Shown: positions 8,136 through 21,913 of the stretch, piece after piece
Layout: each line of letters begins with the position of its first letter
Position numbering within the stretch: position 1 is the first letter of the stretch
DNA from: Candidatus Eiseniibacteriota bacterium
GTDB lineage: Bacteria; Eisenbacteria; RBG-16-71-46; JABDJR01
Assembly: GCA_963762255.1 (NCBI GenBank)
Contig: CAVXKA010000001.1
Span: forward strand, 1,408,001 to 1,472,000
Direction of reading: 5' to 3'
Length of the DNA: 64,000 nucleotides
Translations under genes and position numbers: made by a program
Notes under the pieces: generated by a model
What the model saw: the letters and a program-made list of their open reading frames with translations, nothing else
Told to the model about the DNA's origin: nothing
The model's database searches: none

Positions 8136-9323
8136 ATGCCTTCCGGAAGCAAGGATTACTACAAGACTCTGCAGGTTGATCCACATGCGGAGTCTGAAGT
8201 CATTGAAGCTGCATTCAAGCGGCTCGCTCACAAGTACCACCCGGACAAGAGCCGCGCATCCGACGCGACCGCTCGCATGCAGGAACTGATAGCAGCATAT
8301 GAAGTGCTTCGCGACCCCATCAAGCGCAGGCAGTATGACCAGGGGAGAGTGTCCCGATCCTCAGGTCTCGAAGGGGATTTCGAGGAAGAACGACGAAGGC
8401 GCGAAGAAGCGGAGCGATCTGACCGTCGTGCTCAGGGGGAGGCGCGAGAGGCCCGTCGCCGGGCTGCAGAGGCGCAGCGGATGCGCGAGGAAGCTGAAGC
8501 CGCGCGGTGGCGAGCTCAAGCCGAAGCCGAAGCCGCAAGACGATATGCGGAAGGGGAGAACCGCAAGCGCAGGGAGGCAGAGACGGCGGGACACGGCGCG
8601 GAGGGTGAGCGGCCGAGGGAGGGGGAGAGCAAGGCCGCGGGGCACGACGCCCAAGATGTATTGCGGGAAGGTACATGGCCTGACGAGAGACAACGGCACG
8701 CCAAGGGGACGCAACCATCCGAATCCACCGGTCAGGACCGTGAGCGAGATGGATTGGGATCCAAGGCGCCCAAGCAAGACAATCGCGCCGGGGTCAGGAA
8801 CGGAGAGGCCACGGCTCCTCGTAGCGCGAAGCCCGGTGTCCGGCACGGGCGCGTCTCCCAGGGACGGTCCTGGATGGTGCCGGTGCTCCTTACTCTGATA
8901 GTTGCGTCGGCAATCTACTATTTCAGCTGGCAATACGTGACGCGAAGGCTTGCTGCGGAAGAGGTCCGGGTGGCGCAAGACCTCCACTCCGCCACATCGC
9001 CCATCGGAAACGACGGAGACAGCGATATTGCGTCCTTCTATGCGTTCGATTCGCCGCCCCGGCCTGCCAGAAAGCCCGCGCCGGAGTATCCCGAGGTAGC
9101 CCTGGTGACGGGGGCCGAGGGGACGGTATGGGTCGAGGTGACTATCGACGAGAATGGGCGAGTTATCGCCGCTAGGGTGGTCAGGTCGACTGCGATTCAG
9201 GTTCTGAACGAAGCCGCCCGTGAGGCAGCTATGAAGTGGCTCTTCACCGCGGCCAAGCTGCACGGTGTGCCGGTTAAGTCCCGCATCAGCATTCCGTTCG
9301 AGTTTTCCGTCCGCGACCGATAG
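8136..9323 (+). CDS. J-domain + coiled coil + TM + TonB C-terminal domain fusion
   Basis: J domain DYYKTLQV...KYHPDK...AYEVLRDP. TM segment VPVLLTLIVASAIYYFSW. TonB_C segment PEYPEVA...EGTVWVEVTIDENGRV...WLFTAA...IPFEF. Confidence 0.85.
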   Translation: MPSGSKDYYKTLQVDPHAESEVIEAAFKRLAHKYHPDKSRASDATARMQELIAAYEVLRDPIKRRQYDQGRVSRSSGLEGDFEEERRRREEAERSDRRAQGEAREARRRAAEAQRMREEAEAARWRAQAEAEAARRYAEGENRKRREAETAGHGAEGERPREGESKAAGHDAQDVLREGTWPDERQRHAKGTQPSESTGQDRERDGLGSKAPKQDNRAGVRNGEATAPRSAKPGVRHGRVSQGRSWMVPVLLTLIVASAIYYFSWQYVTRRLAAEEVRVAQDLHSATSPIGNDGDSDIASFYAFDSPPRPARKPAPEYPEVALVTGAEGTVWVEVTIDENGRVIAARVVRSTAIQVLNEAAREAAMKWLFTAAKLHGVPVKSRISIPFEFSVRDR

Positions 9324-9869
9324 TCCCTCGTGCTCATGCCCGCAGAGCCGACTCACTTTTCTTTCCCGCGCCGGAGGGGACTCAACCACGAACGGTGTCA
9401 CCTCGTGCAGGTGGGGTACTCCTGATCCTCCTGGTTGGTGCACGCGGTGCTCGCTGGCCCGGAAAGATTGGACCTGTGGAGGCACTGGGTGCTCTGGCGG
9501 GACTCAGACCTCCGTGCCTTTCGCCCTTCCGCCTCATCTTCGCGATGCTCCTCCCCGGCCCGCCTCGGCACTGGGGGGTGGGCATCTCGAAGGGCTTTCT
9601 CGTCATGGGACGAGGAAGTTGTAAACGCCGGTCGAAAACCGCGGCGTCGCATGCCGCCGACCGTCAGGTTCGTGCCCCTTCGAAACCAGTGGCGAAGGTA
9701 TAGTTGGCTGTGGAGCAAGGAGTTAGATCCGTTTGCCATGTAAGTGAGGCGCGTGGTGTACCAGCGTGCATCCTCTGCTGCAGCTCACCGCCGGCCGCCT
9801 ACAGCAGACTGGTTCATCGCCATTCGGCCTCATTGGGGTACACTGCGGCCATCCCCGTATGGAGCAATG

Positions 9870-12800
9870 ATGGCCGCGGATCTCATTCCATGGATCAGAT
9901 ACTGGCGTCGTGATGAAACGGTAGTTCCACTGCCCGCCAGCGGGTTTCTCTCACAAGAGATGCTCGCTCAAGCCGCGAGTACGGGTGCCGTCTCGACGCT
10001 TCGAGAGTTGACGGATGTTCCCTGCTTGATCTTGTTGGGTGAACCCGGGCTCGGCAAGACGCGGCTTATCCAACAGGAGGAGCGGGATCTCGCGGCCATG
10101 CTCGTGCCTGCGGACGAATCGCGGTACCTAGACCTCGGCGCCTATAGCAACGAGGCACGACTATGGGATGCCCTCGCGCAAGGCACGCGAACGGACCCAG
10201 CGCCCCATGTTCTGCATCTCTTTCTCGACAGCTTTGACGAGTGCCAGTCGCGCATCCCGAACCTTGGTCGACTAGTCGTTCAGTTTCTGCGTGACCATCG
10301 AACCTACCTCCCGCGGCTGCGACTCCGGATCGCCTCTCGGACATTGGACTGGCCCAGGACCTTGGAGGAGGATCTGCGAGTCCTTTGGGACCGCGGGCAG
10401 GTGGGTCTTTATCATCTCCTCCCGCTGACGCAGGAAGACGTGCGGCTCGCGGCCGAGGCGGCAAGCCTCAACCCTAACGCCTTCCTTCAGGAGATCCAGG
10501 CCTTCCGGGCAGAACCGCTTGCCGCGACTCCTCTCACGCTGAACATGCTCCTCAACGTCTATTGCCAGACCGGAACGCTCGGTGGGAGTCAGGCGGAGTT
10601 GTTTGAGAATGGCTGCCTGCATCTTCTCGAGGAATCGCACCGGGCAGGAGGGGTTGATCGCAGTCCGTTGGCGACACAAGACCGATTGGAGATAGCGACT
10701 CGGATCGGGGCCATGCTCCTGTTCTGTGGAAGGGTGGCGGTCCAGATGGGTGCGGCATCCATCGATTCCGGCAGTGAGGACTTGCGGCTCACCGAAATCC
10801 AGGGCGGGCATGAAGAAGCCGATGGTCGGAAGGTTGCCGTGACGCCCGAAGCGGTCGCGGACGCCCTCAAGTCCGGCTTGTTCGTCGGCGTGGATGACCG
10901 GCGCGTGGTTGCCCAACACAAGTCATTCACCGAGTTCCTGGCCGCCCGGTTCCTCACCAAGCGCGGGTTGAAACCCGAGGAGGCGCTCGGTTGCGTCACC
11001 TGCAAGGTGGGGAAGAAGCACACCTATGTGGTTCCGCAACTGGCCCCCGTGGCGTCGTGGCTTGCGAATCTGGACGGAGCGATACTGGACAGACTCGTCG
11101 ACCTTGAGCCTCAAGTTGTTCTCCAGAGTGACAGTAGGCTCCTTGACGACAATGAGCGGGCCAGGCTTGTCGACGCGTTGTTGGGGCAGCTCAAGGCCGG
11201 TGAGCGCGAGCAGTTGCACCCCGAGATGGGGATGTATCTTCAACGCTTGCGGCATCCTGGTCTGGCGGAACAACTCCGTCCGACGATTGTGGATCACGAC
11301 AATCAGTGGCCAGCTCGCGCAGCAGCCATCGAGATTGCCGAAGCGTGTGTCGCGCATAATCTCCAGGACGCCCTCGTCACCGTGGCCCTTGGGAAAGATG
11401 AGATCCAGCATCTGCGTCTGCTCGCGACCCATGCTCTGGCCACCGTCGGGGATGAGAGGCATCTAGTCAGGCTGCTCCCGCTGGCCACCGGGGGCGCTGG
11501 CGATGATCCCCTGGATGATCTGCGCGCCAGAGCACTGCGTACCCTGCGTGGAAGGGGGTTGCTCCGAGGAGATGATCTCTTCGTTTGTATCACGCTTCCA
11601 AGCCGCCCGCAGCTCCTCGGCTCCTACGCGTTCTACCTCATGCACGACTTGCCGGAGAGTCTTGAGGCGGCAGAGTTGCCAGCCGCGTTGAGATGGGCAA
11701 TAGGGATGAGTGACAGGGCGAAACTGCCCCATGCTATTGGCGAACTGATCCAGACGATTCTCCAACGCGCTGCTGATTCTCCCGCGAGCCTTGAATCGGA
11801 GATGGCTCTCGTCGTTTCCAACTGCATCAAGAATGGGACCGAACTGAAGCTCTCAATCGAAGGGCCTCGACGGCGGGCGGTTCTTGAGGATGCCATCCAC
11901 AGGGTACCCGGCAGGGGGGCCGACTTCTACTACCTCAGGCGCCTGCTAACCGACGAAGATACTGGCTGGATCTCAGACTGCGCGGCGAACGTCGTGACCG
12001 GGGACGAGGCGGACAAGTGGTTCGTGCTGGTCCGCTCGCTCATGCGCGACGGGGAGGCAAGGTCATCTGACGAAGTGATCCAGCTTGTTGCGACCAATCC
12101 GCTAATGGCGGCGAAGTTCAGGGCATGGGTGGAGCCTGTCGAGCTTGAATCGCCAGAGGCAAAACGGCGCCGCGCTGACTACCTTGAGCTTCTGAATTGG
12201 GAGCGCGACTCCAAGGCAGAGGAACCAAGGCAGGCAACGCTCGAGGAAGTGGATGCTTGTCTGGCCCGGGTCCTGGATCGACAGGAATCAGAGGGATTCA
12301 ACGCGCTGTTGCGCCTGCTCGAACTTCAAGATGACGGGGGGACTCCAGGACCGATTCCTGAACTCGATCCGGAGGAAATGGACGGGTGGCATCAACTGGA
12401 TGACGATCGGCGAGAGCGGGTTAGGTTGGCCGCCGGTGCCTACCTACGCAAGGTAAGTCTGGCGCCGAGCGATTGGGATCAAGGAGTCGTCCCGATCGGT
12501 GTGGATGGCTACCGTGCGCTAGTCCTCTTAGGAAAGGACCCCAGGACACTTGGGGGCTTACCCGAGAGGGTGTGGACAGCTTGGTGTCCCGTCATCCTGC
12601 GCCTGTCGCCGCTCGGCATCGGCCGCGGCGAGGCGCACACCCGAGTCCTTCAAGGGGTCGCGAGCGTTGCGAGAGAGGCGTTCGGTGAGGTCGTGCGGGG
12701 AATGGTCATGCGAGCGCGTGGCCAAGGTCGCGATGTCACCCAGCTCTTGGTGCTCAAGTCATGCTGGAACGAAGAGTTGGGTCAGGTTTTGCTCGACCTC

Positions 12801-13886
12801 GCCCACGATAAGGAGACCCACGGTCAGACGCTGCGCAGGGTGCTGGGCATCCTGCTTGAGAATGGGTATCCCAGAGCTGAAGACATTGCGATCAAGGAAT
12901 TGAAGTACTGGCGATCGAAGGACCCTGTGCCCAGGTCGATTGTGGCTGCTGCTGCTCTCCTGATGGACGGCGGGGGTCAAGCTTGGGGCGCAGTGATTCA
13001 GGTCGTGAAGGCTCACGCGAATTGGGGAAAGAAACTGATGGCGTTCCTGTCGCAGAGCGCCTCCGGTCTCGACGTGGCTGTACCAGCCGACATGGATGAG
13101 GAGTCCCTCGCGGATCTCTACTTGTGGTTGGGGCGGCACTTTGCGCAGGGGGATGAACCAGTTGCAGAAGGAGTCTCCGCCGATCCTTCAAGGATTGCTA
13201 TTAGCCACTTCCGCGATCGGCTCTTGCGGAGCCTCCAGACCCAAGGTACAGAGGCGAGCGTGGAGGAGCTGGGGCGAATCGCAGATGAACTTCCTGATCA
13301 CGAATGGGTGAGACTCATGGGAGTCGAGGCAAGGAGAATGGTGGCCGCCCGCGCTTGGGCCCCCCTCGCACCTGAAGCGGTTCTACGAATTGGCCGGAGA
13401 GGGTCTGATTCCGCGCTGGAGTCCGCCACTTGCCCGGTCGGCACACGCGCTAGTCTCCCGCTAGCTGGGTCTCCGTGCTGGGAGCTCCCGGGGCTAAAGT
13501 GGTCTGAGATCAGCATGGACTTCCTTGACGGTGAGACGGTCAGGATTCGCGCCCAGCACCTGGACTTGCGGGCGACGTTCGCTGAGATGGGATTCAAGGA
13601 TGGTCGCAGTGCCCGCCCGAACGCCAAGTGGCTCCTCCTGCAGGAGATCGCTGACAATAACGGATTCCTGCCCGGCGGGCGGGGGAAGAACCGGGCGGCG
13701 GAGAGACAGCGGAAGCACAAGCTAACCGAGCTACTAATGCAGTATTTCCGTGCCGAAGGGGATCCATTTGGGCTCTACGTCCGGAATCAAGGCTGGGAAG
13801 TTCAATTCAAAATCCGGCCCGAAGCGGGGAGGGGTGATTACTCACCCCCCCGGCGGATCCTTCCGAGCGAGATTGATGAAGATTGA
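9870..13886 (+). CDS. STAND/NACHT-like NTPase with helical repeats and a distinct C-terminal domain
   Basis: Walker A GEPGLGKT, Walker B LFLDSFDE, IASR, TPLTL, HKSFTEFLAA, then HEAT-like helices. GGAG before ATG 9867/9870. Confidence 0.85.
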   Translation: MAADLIPWIRYWRRDETVVPLPASGFLSQEMLAQAASTGAVSTLRELTDVPCLILLGEPGLGKTRLIQQEERDLAAMLVPADESRYLDLGAYSNEARLWDALAQGTRTDPAPHVLHLFLDSFDECQSRIPNLGRLVVQFLRDHRTYLPRLRLRIASRTLDWPRTLEEDLRVLWDRGQVGLYHLLPLTQEDVRLAAEAASLNPNAFLQEIQAFRAEPLAATPLTLNMLLNVYCQTGTLGGSQAELFENGCLHLLEESHRAGGVDRSPLATQDRLEIATRIGAMLLFCGRVAVQMGAASIDSGSEDLRLTEIQGGHEEADGRKVAVTPEAVADALKSGLFVGVDDRRVVAQHKSFTEFLAARFLTKRGLKPEEALGCVTCKVGKKHTYVVPQLAPVASWLANLDGAILDRLVDLEPQVVLQSDSRLLDDNERARLVDALLGQLKAGEREQLHPEMGMYLQRLRHPGLAEQLRPTIVDHDNQWPARAAAIEIAEACVAHNLQDALVTVALGKDEIQHLRLLATHALATVGDERHLVRLLPLATGGAGDDPLDDLRARALRTLRGRGLLRGDDLFVCITLPSRPQLLGSYAFYLMHDLPESLEAAELPAALRWAIGMSDRAKLPHAIGELIQTILQRAADSPASLESEMALVVSNCIKNGTELKLSIEGPRRRAVLEDAIHRVPGRGADFYYLRRLLTDEDTGWISDCAANVVTGDEADKWFVLVRSLMRDGEARSSDEVIQLVATNPLMAAKFRAWVEPVELESPEAKRRRADYLELLNWERDSKAEEPRQATLEEVDACLARVLDRQESEGFNALLRLLELQDDGGTPGPIPELDPEEMDGWHQLDDDRRERVRLAAGAYLRKVSLAPSDWDQGVVPIGVDGYRALVLLGKDPRTLGGLPERVWTAWCPVILRLSPLGIGRGEAHTRVLQGVASVAREAFGEVVRGMVMRARGQGRDVTQLLVLKSCWNEELGQVLLDLAHDKETHGQTLRRVLGILLENGYPRAEDIAIKELKYWRSKDPVPRSIVAAAALLMDGGGQAWGAVIQVVKAHANWGKKLMAFLSQSASGLDVAVPADMDEESLADLYLWLGRHFAQGDEPVAEGVSADPSRIAISHFRDRLLRSLQTQGTEASVEELGRIADELPDHEWVRLMGVEARRMVAARAWAPLAPEAVLRIGRRGSDSALESATCPVGTRASLPLAGSPCWELPGLKWSEISMDFLDGETVRIRAQHLDLRATFAEMGFKDGRSARPNAKWLLLQEIADNNGFLPGGRGKNRAAERQRKHKLTELLMQYFRAEGDPFGLYVRNQGWEVQFKIRPEAGRGDYSPPRRILPSEIDED

Positions 13887-13978
13887 GTTGATTGCTGCTC
13901 AAGTACTTATGAATTCACTCTGATCTTTTTCTCCGCCCGAAACCCGCCCAGCGTGACTTCTAACCGCCTCCCTATGAA

Positions 13979-14317
13979 ATGACCGATGAACGGTTCGGGA
14001 AGTCAACCAGCCTCGACAGCAAGCGCGCAAAGCTCACGCTGAGCCGCTGCGTCGGGCATCTGGATGAGGTAGGAGACAACTGGCCCCAGGTTCAGCTGAT
14101 GCTGACGAAGCTAGTTGCTCGTGCAGCGCTGGCGAGGTGCTCCCCGAATCGAGAGTGTTCATCCGAGGCCGAAGCGGCACATTCCGGGCCGTCCGCGGCC
14201 GCCGCGGCGGTGACGGGCGCTCCACCCGCAAGCGTGGGCGGCCCGGGATCAATTGGAGAATCGGAGCATGAACGAACTCTTGAACAGCGCCCTCGCGCAC
14301 TTGAACCTGACCGGTAA
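13979..14317 (+). CDS. Small hypothetical protein preceding the primase
   Basis: ORF follows an AT-richer intergenic region and overlaps the primase start. No recognisable domain. Confidence 0.4.
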   Translation: MTDERFGKSTSLDSKRAKLTLSRCVGHLDEVGDNWPQVQLMLTKLVARAALARCSPNRECSSEAEAAHSGPSAAAAAVTGAPPASVGGPGSIGESEHERTLEQRPRALEPDR

Positions 14318-16675
14318 GAGAACCCCTGACGGTCGGCACATTGCCTGGTGCCCATTCCATCCCGATGGGCAGGGGACGCCGCCGCATCAGGCGAATCTCC
14401 TGGTCTCCGACCGGGGCTTCATTTGCCACGCATGCGGGGCGCAAGGAAGTCTTCGGGACTTAGCGGGGCGGTTGGAGATTCCGACCAGCGCCGCAGAAGT
14501 GGTCTACGTCTACCAGGACGCTGACGGCAATGACAAGTTCCGGATCGTCCGGCGGGCCGGCAAGAAGTTCTCAGTTCAACATCGCAACAAGAGCGGTGGA
14601 TGGAGCAAGGGCCTCGGGCCTGCCGTCCGTGTCATCTACCGGCTGCCCGAGATCCTGAAGTCCGAGTCCAACGTCCCGGTCTTCATTGTTGAGGGCGAGA
14701 AGGACGCTGACCGACTCGCTGCGAATGGCCGCATCGCCACCACCAACCCCTTTGGTGCCGGCAAGTGGCGGCCTGAGTACAACGAGCCGCTGCGGGATCG
14801 CAACGTGATCATCATCCCCGACAACGATGAGGCGGGTCGAAACCACGCCATAGTCGTCGCGCAGTCCCTCACTGGGGTGGCCAAGTCCATCAAGGTCGTT
14901 GCGTTGCCAGACCTCGACGAGAAAGGTGACGTTTCGGACTGGCTGAATGCTGGTCACACGATCGAGGACCTCGACCGCGTGGTCGAGGCATCTCCCGTCT
15001 GGACAGCGGACGAAGGAGAAGAAGCTTCGCCGATGGGGGTCCGCGACGGCGACCCGAAAGACCTCGTGCGGACGCTCCTGGACGAGGGCATCGAGCTGTT
15101 CCACGACCAATTCAAGGTTCCCCACGCCCGGGTTCCCGTGGATGGACATTGGGAGAACTGCGCTCTGGGGGATTTCGGCTTCAAGCGGTGGGCGGCTCTC
15201 CGATACTACGAACGCACCGGGAAGATGCTGCAACGAGACAAGTTCAGCGCAGCCCTGCTCGTGCTCGAGGCCAAGGCTGCCAACGAAGCGCCCCAGCGAG
15301 AACTTCACACTCGCGTAGCCAACTTCGAAGGCGCGATCTGGTACGACTTGTCCGATCGGGACTGGAGATGCGTGCGCATTGCGCCGGATGGTTGGGAAGT
15401 CGTCTCTGACCCGCCGATCCTCTTCCGGCGGTGGCCTCACCAGCAGCCGCAGGTCGAGCCTGTCCGCGGTGGATCCCTCGGGAACATCTTCAACTTCTTG
15501 CCCCTGTCGCGAGCGGAGTGGGAGACGTTGCTTCTGCCCTACCTGGTGGCCTGTCTGGTGCCTGACATCCCGCATCCAATCCTAGCTACGTTTGGCCCGA
15601 ACGGCGCCGGGAAGAGCACGATCAGTCGCATCTTCAAGATCTTGATCGACCCGTCCACGCTGGCAACTCTGGCCTTTGGAACTGACCAAGCGGGACTCGT
15701 TCAGCAACTCTCTCACCACTACTACGCGTGCTATGACAACGTGTCGGCGCTCCCGGATTGGGCGAGCGACTTCCTGTGCCGAGCATCTACTGGAGAGGGA
15801 TTCACGAAGCGCGGTCTGTACACGAACGACGAGGACTTCATCTACGCCTACCGGCGCTGCGCGAGTCTCAACGGGCTGAACCTCGTCGTTCTGAAGCCCG
15901 ACCTGCTGGATCGAACGATCCTGGTGCACGTGGAAGGGATCGGAAAGACGGAACGGCGGGAGGAGAAGGAGTTCTGGACGCAATTCGAGAGCGTGAGAGC
16001 CCGGCTTCTGGGAGCGGTCTTCGACGCGCTGAGCGTCGCCATGAAGGTCAAGACTGCTCAGAAGCACAAGGATCTTCCCCGCATGGCCGACTTCGCGGCG
16101 TGGGGAGCCGCTGCCGCCGAAGCCATCGGCATTGGCAGCCAGACCTTCCTGGACCACTACGCTCGCGACGAGGGCGCCCGCATCGAGGAGCTGATCTGCG
16201 AGGACCCTCTGGCACTGGCGATCGTTGAACTCGTGCGGGCTCGGGGGTCATGGAGTGGCCTCGCGAGCGAGCTTCTCAAGGAAGTGAAGAGGTGGGGCCA
16301 CATGGAGAACGCCGACCAGCACGATGCCCGTTGGCCCAAGACCCCCAATCGCCTGTCCGCCCGACTGAACGAACTTCAGGCCAGTCTGGGCAAGGCCGGG
16401 GTGGAGTACCGCGGTCGTCGGACCAACCAGGGGAAGTGGATCGATCTTCGCCCCCTCGACGTGCCCGCTAGCCCAGGAACGCCCGGCAAGGACGGTGACG
16501 GTCTTCGTGGGGGATCGTCACCTCGAACTGCGGGGGGATCGTCACTCCGTAACAAGTTGACTGGCAACGTGTTAAGCGGTAACTGTGGTTTGAGTGACGA
16601 TGATGACGATCCTTCTGCCCCCACTGGTGGCTCGGCTTCACGCAGCGACTCACCCCGGATGGGGGCCTTGGGGAA

Positions 16676-16679
<4 letters not shown>
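14268..16679 (+). CDS. Primase-helicase (CHC2 zinc finger, TOPRIM, P-loop ATPase)
   Basis: Zinc finger CPFH...CHAC; TOPRIM IVEGEKD and IPDNDEAG; Walker A GPNGAGKS; YDNV. Confidence 0.88.
16495..16612. repeat. Iteron-like repeat cluster, putative replication origin inside the primase 3' end
   Basis: GGGGGATCGTCAC at 16509 and 16533. Inverted copies GTGACG (16495), GTGACGAT (16594) and ATGACGATCC (16603). IHF-like TAACAAGTTGACT at 16550-16562. Confidence 0.6.
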
Positions 16680-18415
<1,736 letters not shown>

Positions 18416-18447
18416 ACCGTAAACTGTTCAATGGGCGAGTGACACTA

Positions 18448-18894
18448 TCAGGGGTCCTCGGGAGCGTCAAGCCCCGCGTCCGAGGCCTCCGGAGCCGCCG
18501 CCGGCGGTGCCGCCATCGCCGGGCCCTCGGCGGGCGCCTCGTCATCCTCGAACCGGTAAATCTTCTCGTCGGGGCCCACCATCATGTACTTCTCGCGGGC
18601 CACCTTCTCGAGGCTGAACGGATCGTTCTCCTTGAGCAGCACTTCCTGCTCGAGTTGGCTCCGTTCGTTCCGCAGCTTCGCCGCCTCCGCCTGCACCGTG
18701 GCGAGTTCCTTCTTCACCTGCGCCTTGCGGATGAGGCCGCGCTCACCGGCCACGAAATTCGCGACATACACGGCGAACACGACGGCCACCAATCCCCAGC
18801 GGAAGCGGGGAGGCAGGGAGAAGCCGCGCCCTTGGTAGCCCAAGCGCAGATAGCGGTATCGGACGGGGTCCAATCGAGTCGGGTGGGGAACCAA
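18448..18894 (-). CDS. ftsB: Septum formation initiator FtsB/DivIC
   Basis: TM helix plus coiled coil and LEKVAREKYMMVGPDEKIY. Conserved position after eno. TTG start with AAGGAGG. Confidence 0.85.
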   Translation of the reverse strand: MVPHPTRLDPVRYRYLRLGYQGRGFSLPPRFRWGLVAVVFAVYVANFVAGERGLIRKAQVKKELATVQAEAAKLRNERSQLEQEVLLKENDPFSLEKVAREKYMMVGPDEKIYRFEDDEAPAEGPAMAAPPAAAPEASDAGLDAPEDP

Positions 18895-19054
18895 CCGAGC
18901 CCTCCTTGGTGGTTCGCCCTCGCACACGCGAAGTGAGCCGGACTATACGCCGGAGCACGACGGCGGGGCAAGCAGTGACGCCTGCCCCGCGTCGTTCCTC
19001 ACGAAGACGCGCGCAGTGTATCGGCGCGCCGCCGCAAGCTGACCGGCGCTCCGC

Positions 19055-20563
<1,509 letters not shown>

Positions 20564-20621
20564 CTAGTTTCGCCGGGCTGTGTGGGGGAGACCCGCATCC
20601 GATTTCGGGGCAAGACCTTCC

Positions 20622-20650
20622 TGCAACCCGGCCTCGGGCGGGCCCGTAAT
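20622..20650 (+). promoter_or_regulatory. ECF (SigW-type) promoter, likely autoregulatory
   Basis: TGCAAC-N17-CGTAAT, compared with the SigW consensus TGAAAC-N16-CGTA, directly upstream of the ECF sigma gene. Confidence 0.55.
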
Positions 20651-20676
20651 ACGGTCGCAAGTGAAGGACGCGCGAG

Positions 20677-21270
20677 TTGACGGAAGACCCGAGGGAAGAT
20701 CGGGACCTGGTCCTCAGGTGCTTGAAGAACGACCAGGCCGCTTACCGTCGGCTCCTGGAAAAGTATCGGCGTCCGGTTTACGGGATCGTCCGGCGGATGA
20801 TCCCCGACGACGAGGACGCGCGGGATCTTTCCCAGGAATCCTTCATCCGCGCGTTTCGCAGCCTGGATCAGTTCGATCCGGAGCGGCGATTTTCGAGTTG
20901 GCTCTTTCGTATCGCGCACAACCTCTGCATCGATCACTACCGCCGGCGAAAGCTGGACACGGTGCCGATGGTGCGACGCGATGACGGAGAAGAATCGACA
21001 TGGGATCTCCCCGATACGACGCCGGGACCTGGAATGGAGTTCTCCGACCGGGAACGCGGCCGTAGGCTGCTCGCTGCGGTGGAGTCGCTGCCGCCGGCGT
21101 ATCGGTCGGTGATCGTCCTGCGTCATCAGCAGGGGCTCGCCTACGAGGAGATCGCCGAGGTGATGGAGCTTCCGCTCGGCACGATCAAGGCCCGCATTCA
21201 CAGGGCCCATCGGTTGCTGAAAGAAAAGCTCGTACGGCAGGGGCTCGACTGGCTCCCTGAGGAAAGCTGA
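20677..21270 (+). CDS. ECF sigma-70 factor (SigW/RpoE-like)
   Basis: Region 2 DLSQESFIRAF and FSSWLFRIAHN; region 4 YEEIAEVMELPLGTIKARIHRA. Confidence 0.95.
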   Translation: MTEDPREDRDLVLRCLKNDQAAYRRLLEKYRRPVYGIVRRMIPDDEDARDLSQESFIRAFRSLDQFDPERRFSSWLFRIAHNLCIDHYRRRKLDTVPMVRRDDGEESTWDLPDTTPGPGMEFSDRERGRRLLAAVESLPPAYRSVIVLRHQQGLAYEEIAEVMELPLGTIKARIHRAHRLLKEKLVRQGLDWLPEES

Positions 21271-21277
21271 ACGGATC

Positions 21278-21913
21278 ATGAAGGGCACTCACGAACCTGC
21301 ACATCCGGACCACCGGGTCCTCGAGCGCTACCTCGACGAGGAACTCCCCGCGAGCGAGCGGGAGTTCGTCGAGACACACCTTCATGCCTGCGCGGGCTGC
21401 AGGCGCGAACTGCGCGCGTACCAGGTCTTCCTGGGCGAACTCGACCGCCTGCCGCGCCCCGAGCTTCCCGCCGGATTCGACGTTCGCATCCTCGACGCCG
21501 TCCTGCCGCGCCACGAGGACGCCTCGCTCATCCACCTTGTCACCAGAGCCTACGGCATCCTCGCCGCGATCCTCGGCGCGATCGTGCTGGGCGTGCTTGC
21601 GGTTGCGGGTCCGGGACCGATCCGCGGGGTCGCCACCGGGGCCGTGGTCGAAGGCGTGAACGGCGTGCTGGGCGTCTTCGGTGCGCTGGGGGCGGGGACC
21701 GTCAACCTCCTTCGCGCGATCGACGATCTCGTGCCGCTCGCCGACGCCGTTGCGGCGATTCTCCGTAGCCTCGAGACCGTGGCCACCGCGACCCTCGCCC
21801 CTCAGGTGCTCCTGGTCACGGTGCTCACGATGATGCTCGCGACTCTCGTCCTGGTCTGGGCCATGTCGCCGGCCCGGGAAAGGGGTGTTCCTCATGTCTC
21901 TCTCTCTCTCTAG
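21278..21913 (+). CDS. Zinc-finger (zf-HC2) membrane anti-sigma factor
   Basis: YLDEEL...HLHACAGC motif followed by TM helices; adjacent to the sigma gene. Confidence 0.9.
   Translation: MKGTHEPAHPDHRVLERYLDEELPASEREFVETHLHACAGCRRELRAYQVFLGELDRLPRPELPAGFDVRILDAVLPRHEDASLIHLVTRAYGILAAILGAIVLGVLAVAGPGPIRGVATGAVVEGVNGVLGVFGALGAGTVNLLRAIDDLVPLADAVAAILRSLETVATATLAPQVLLVTVLTMMLATLVLVWAMSPARERGVPHVSLSL

Noticed and set aside
9324-9860. Small ORFs between the DnaJ-TonB and STAND genes
   Set aside because: Overlapping candidates on both strands with no RBS or motif support.
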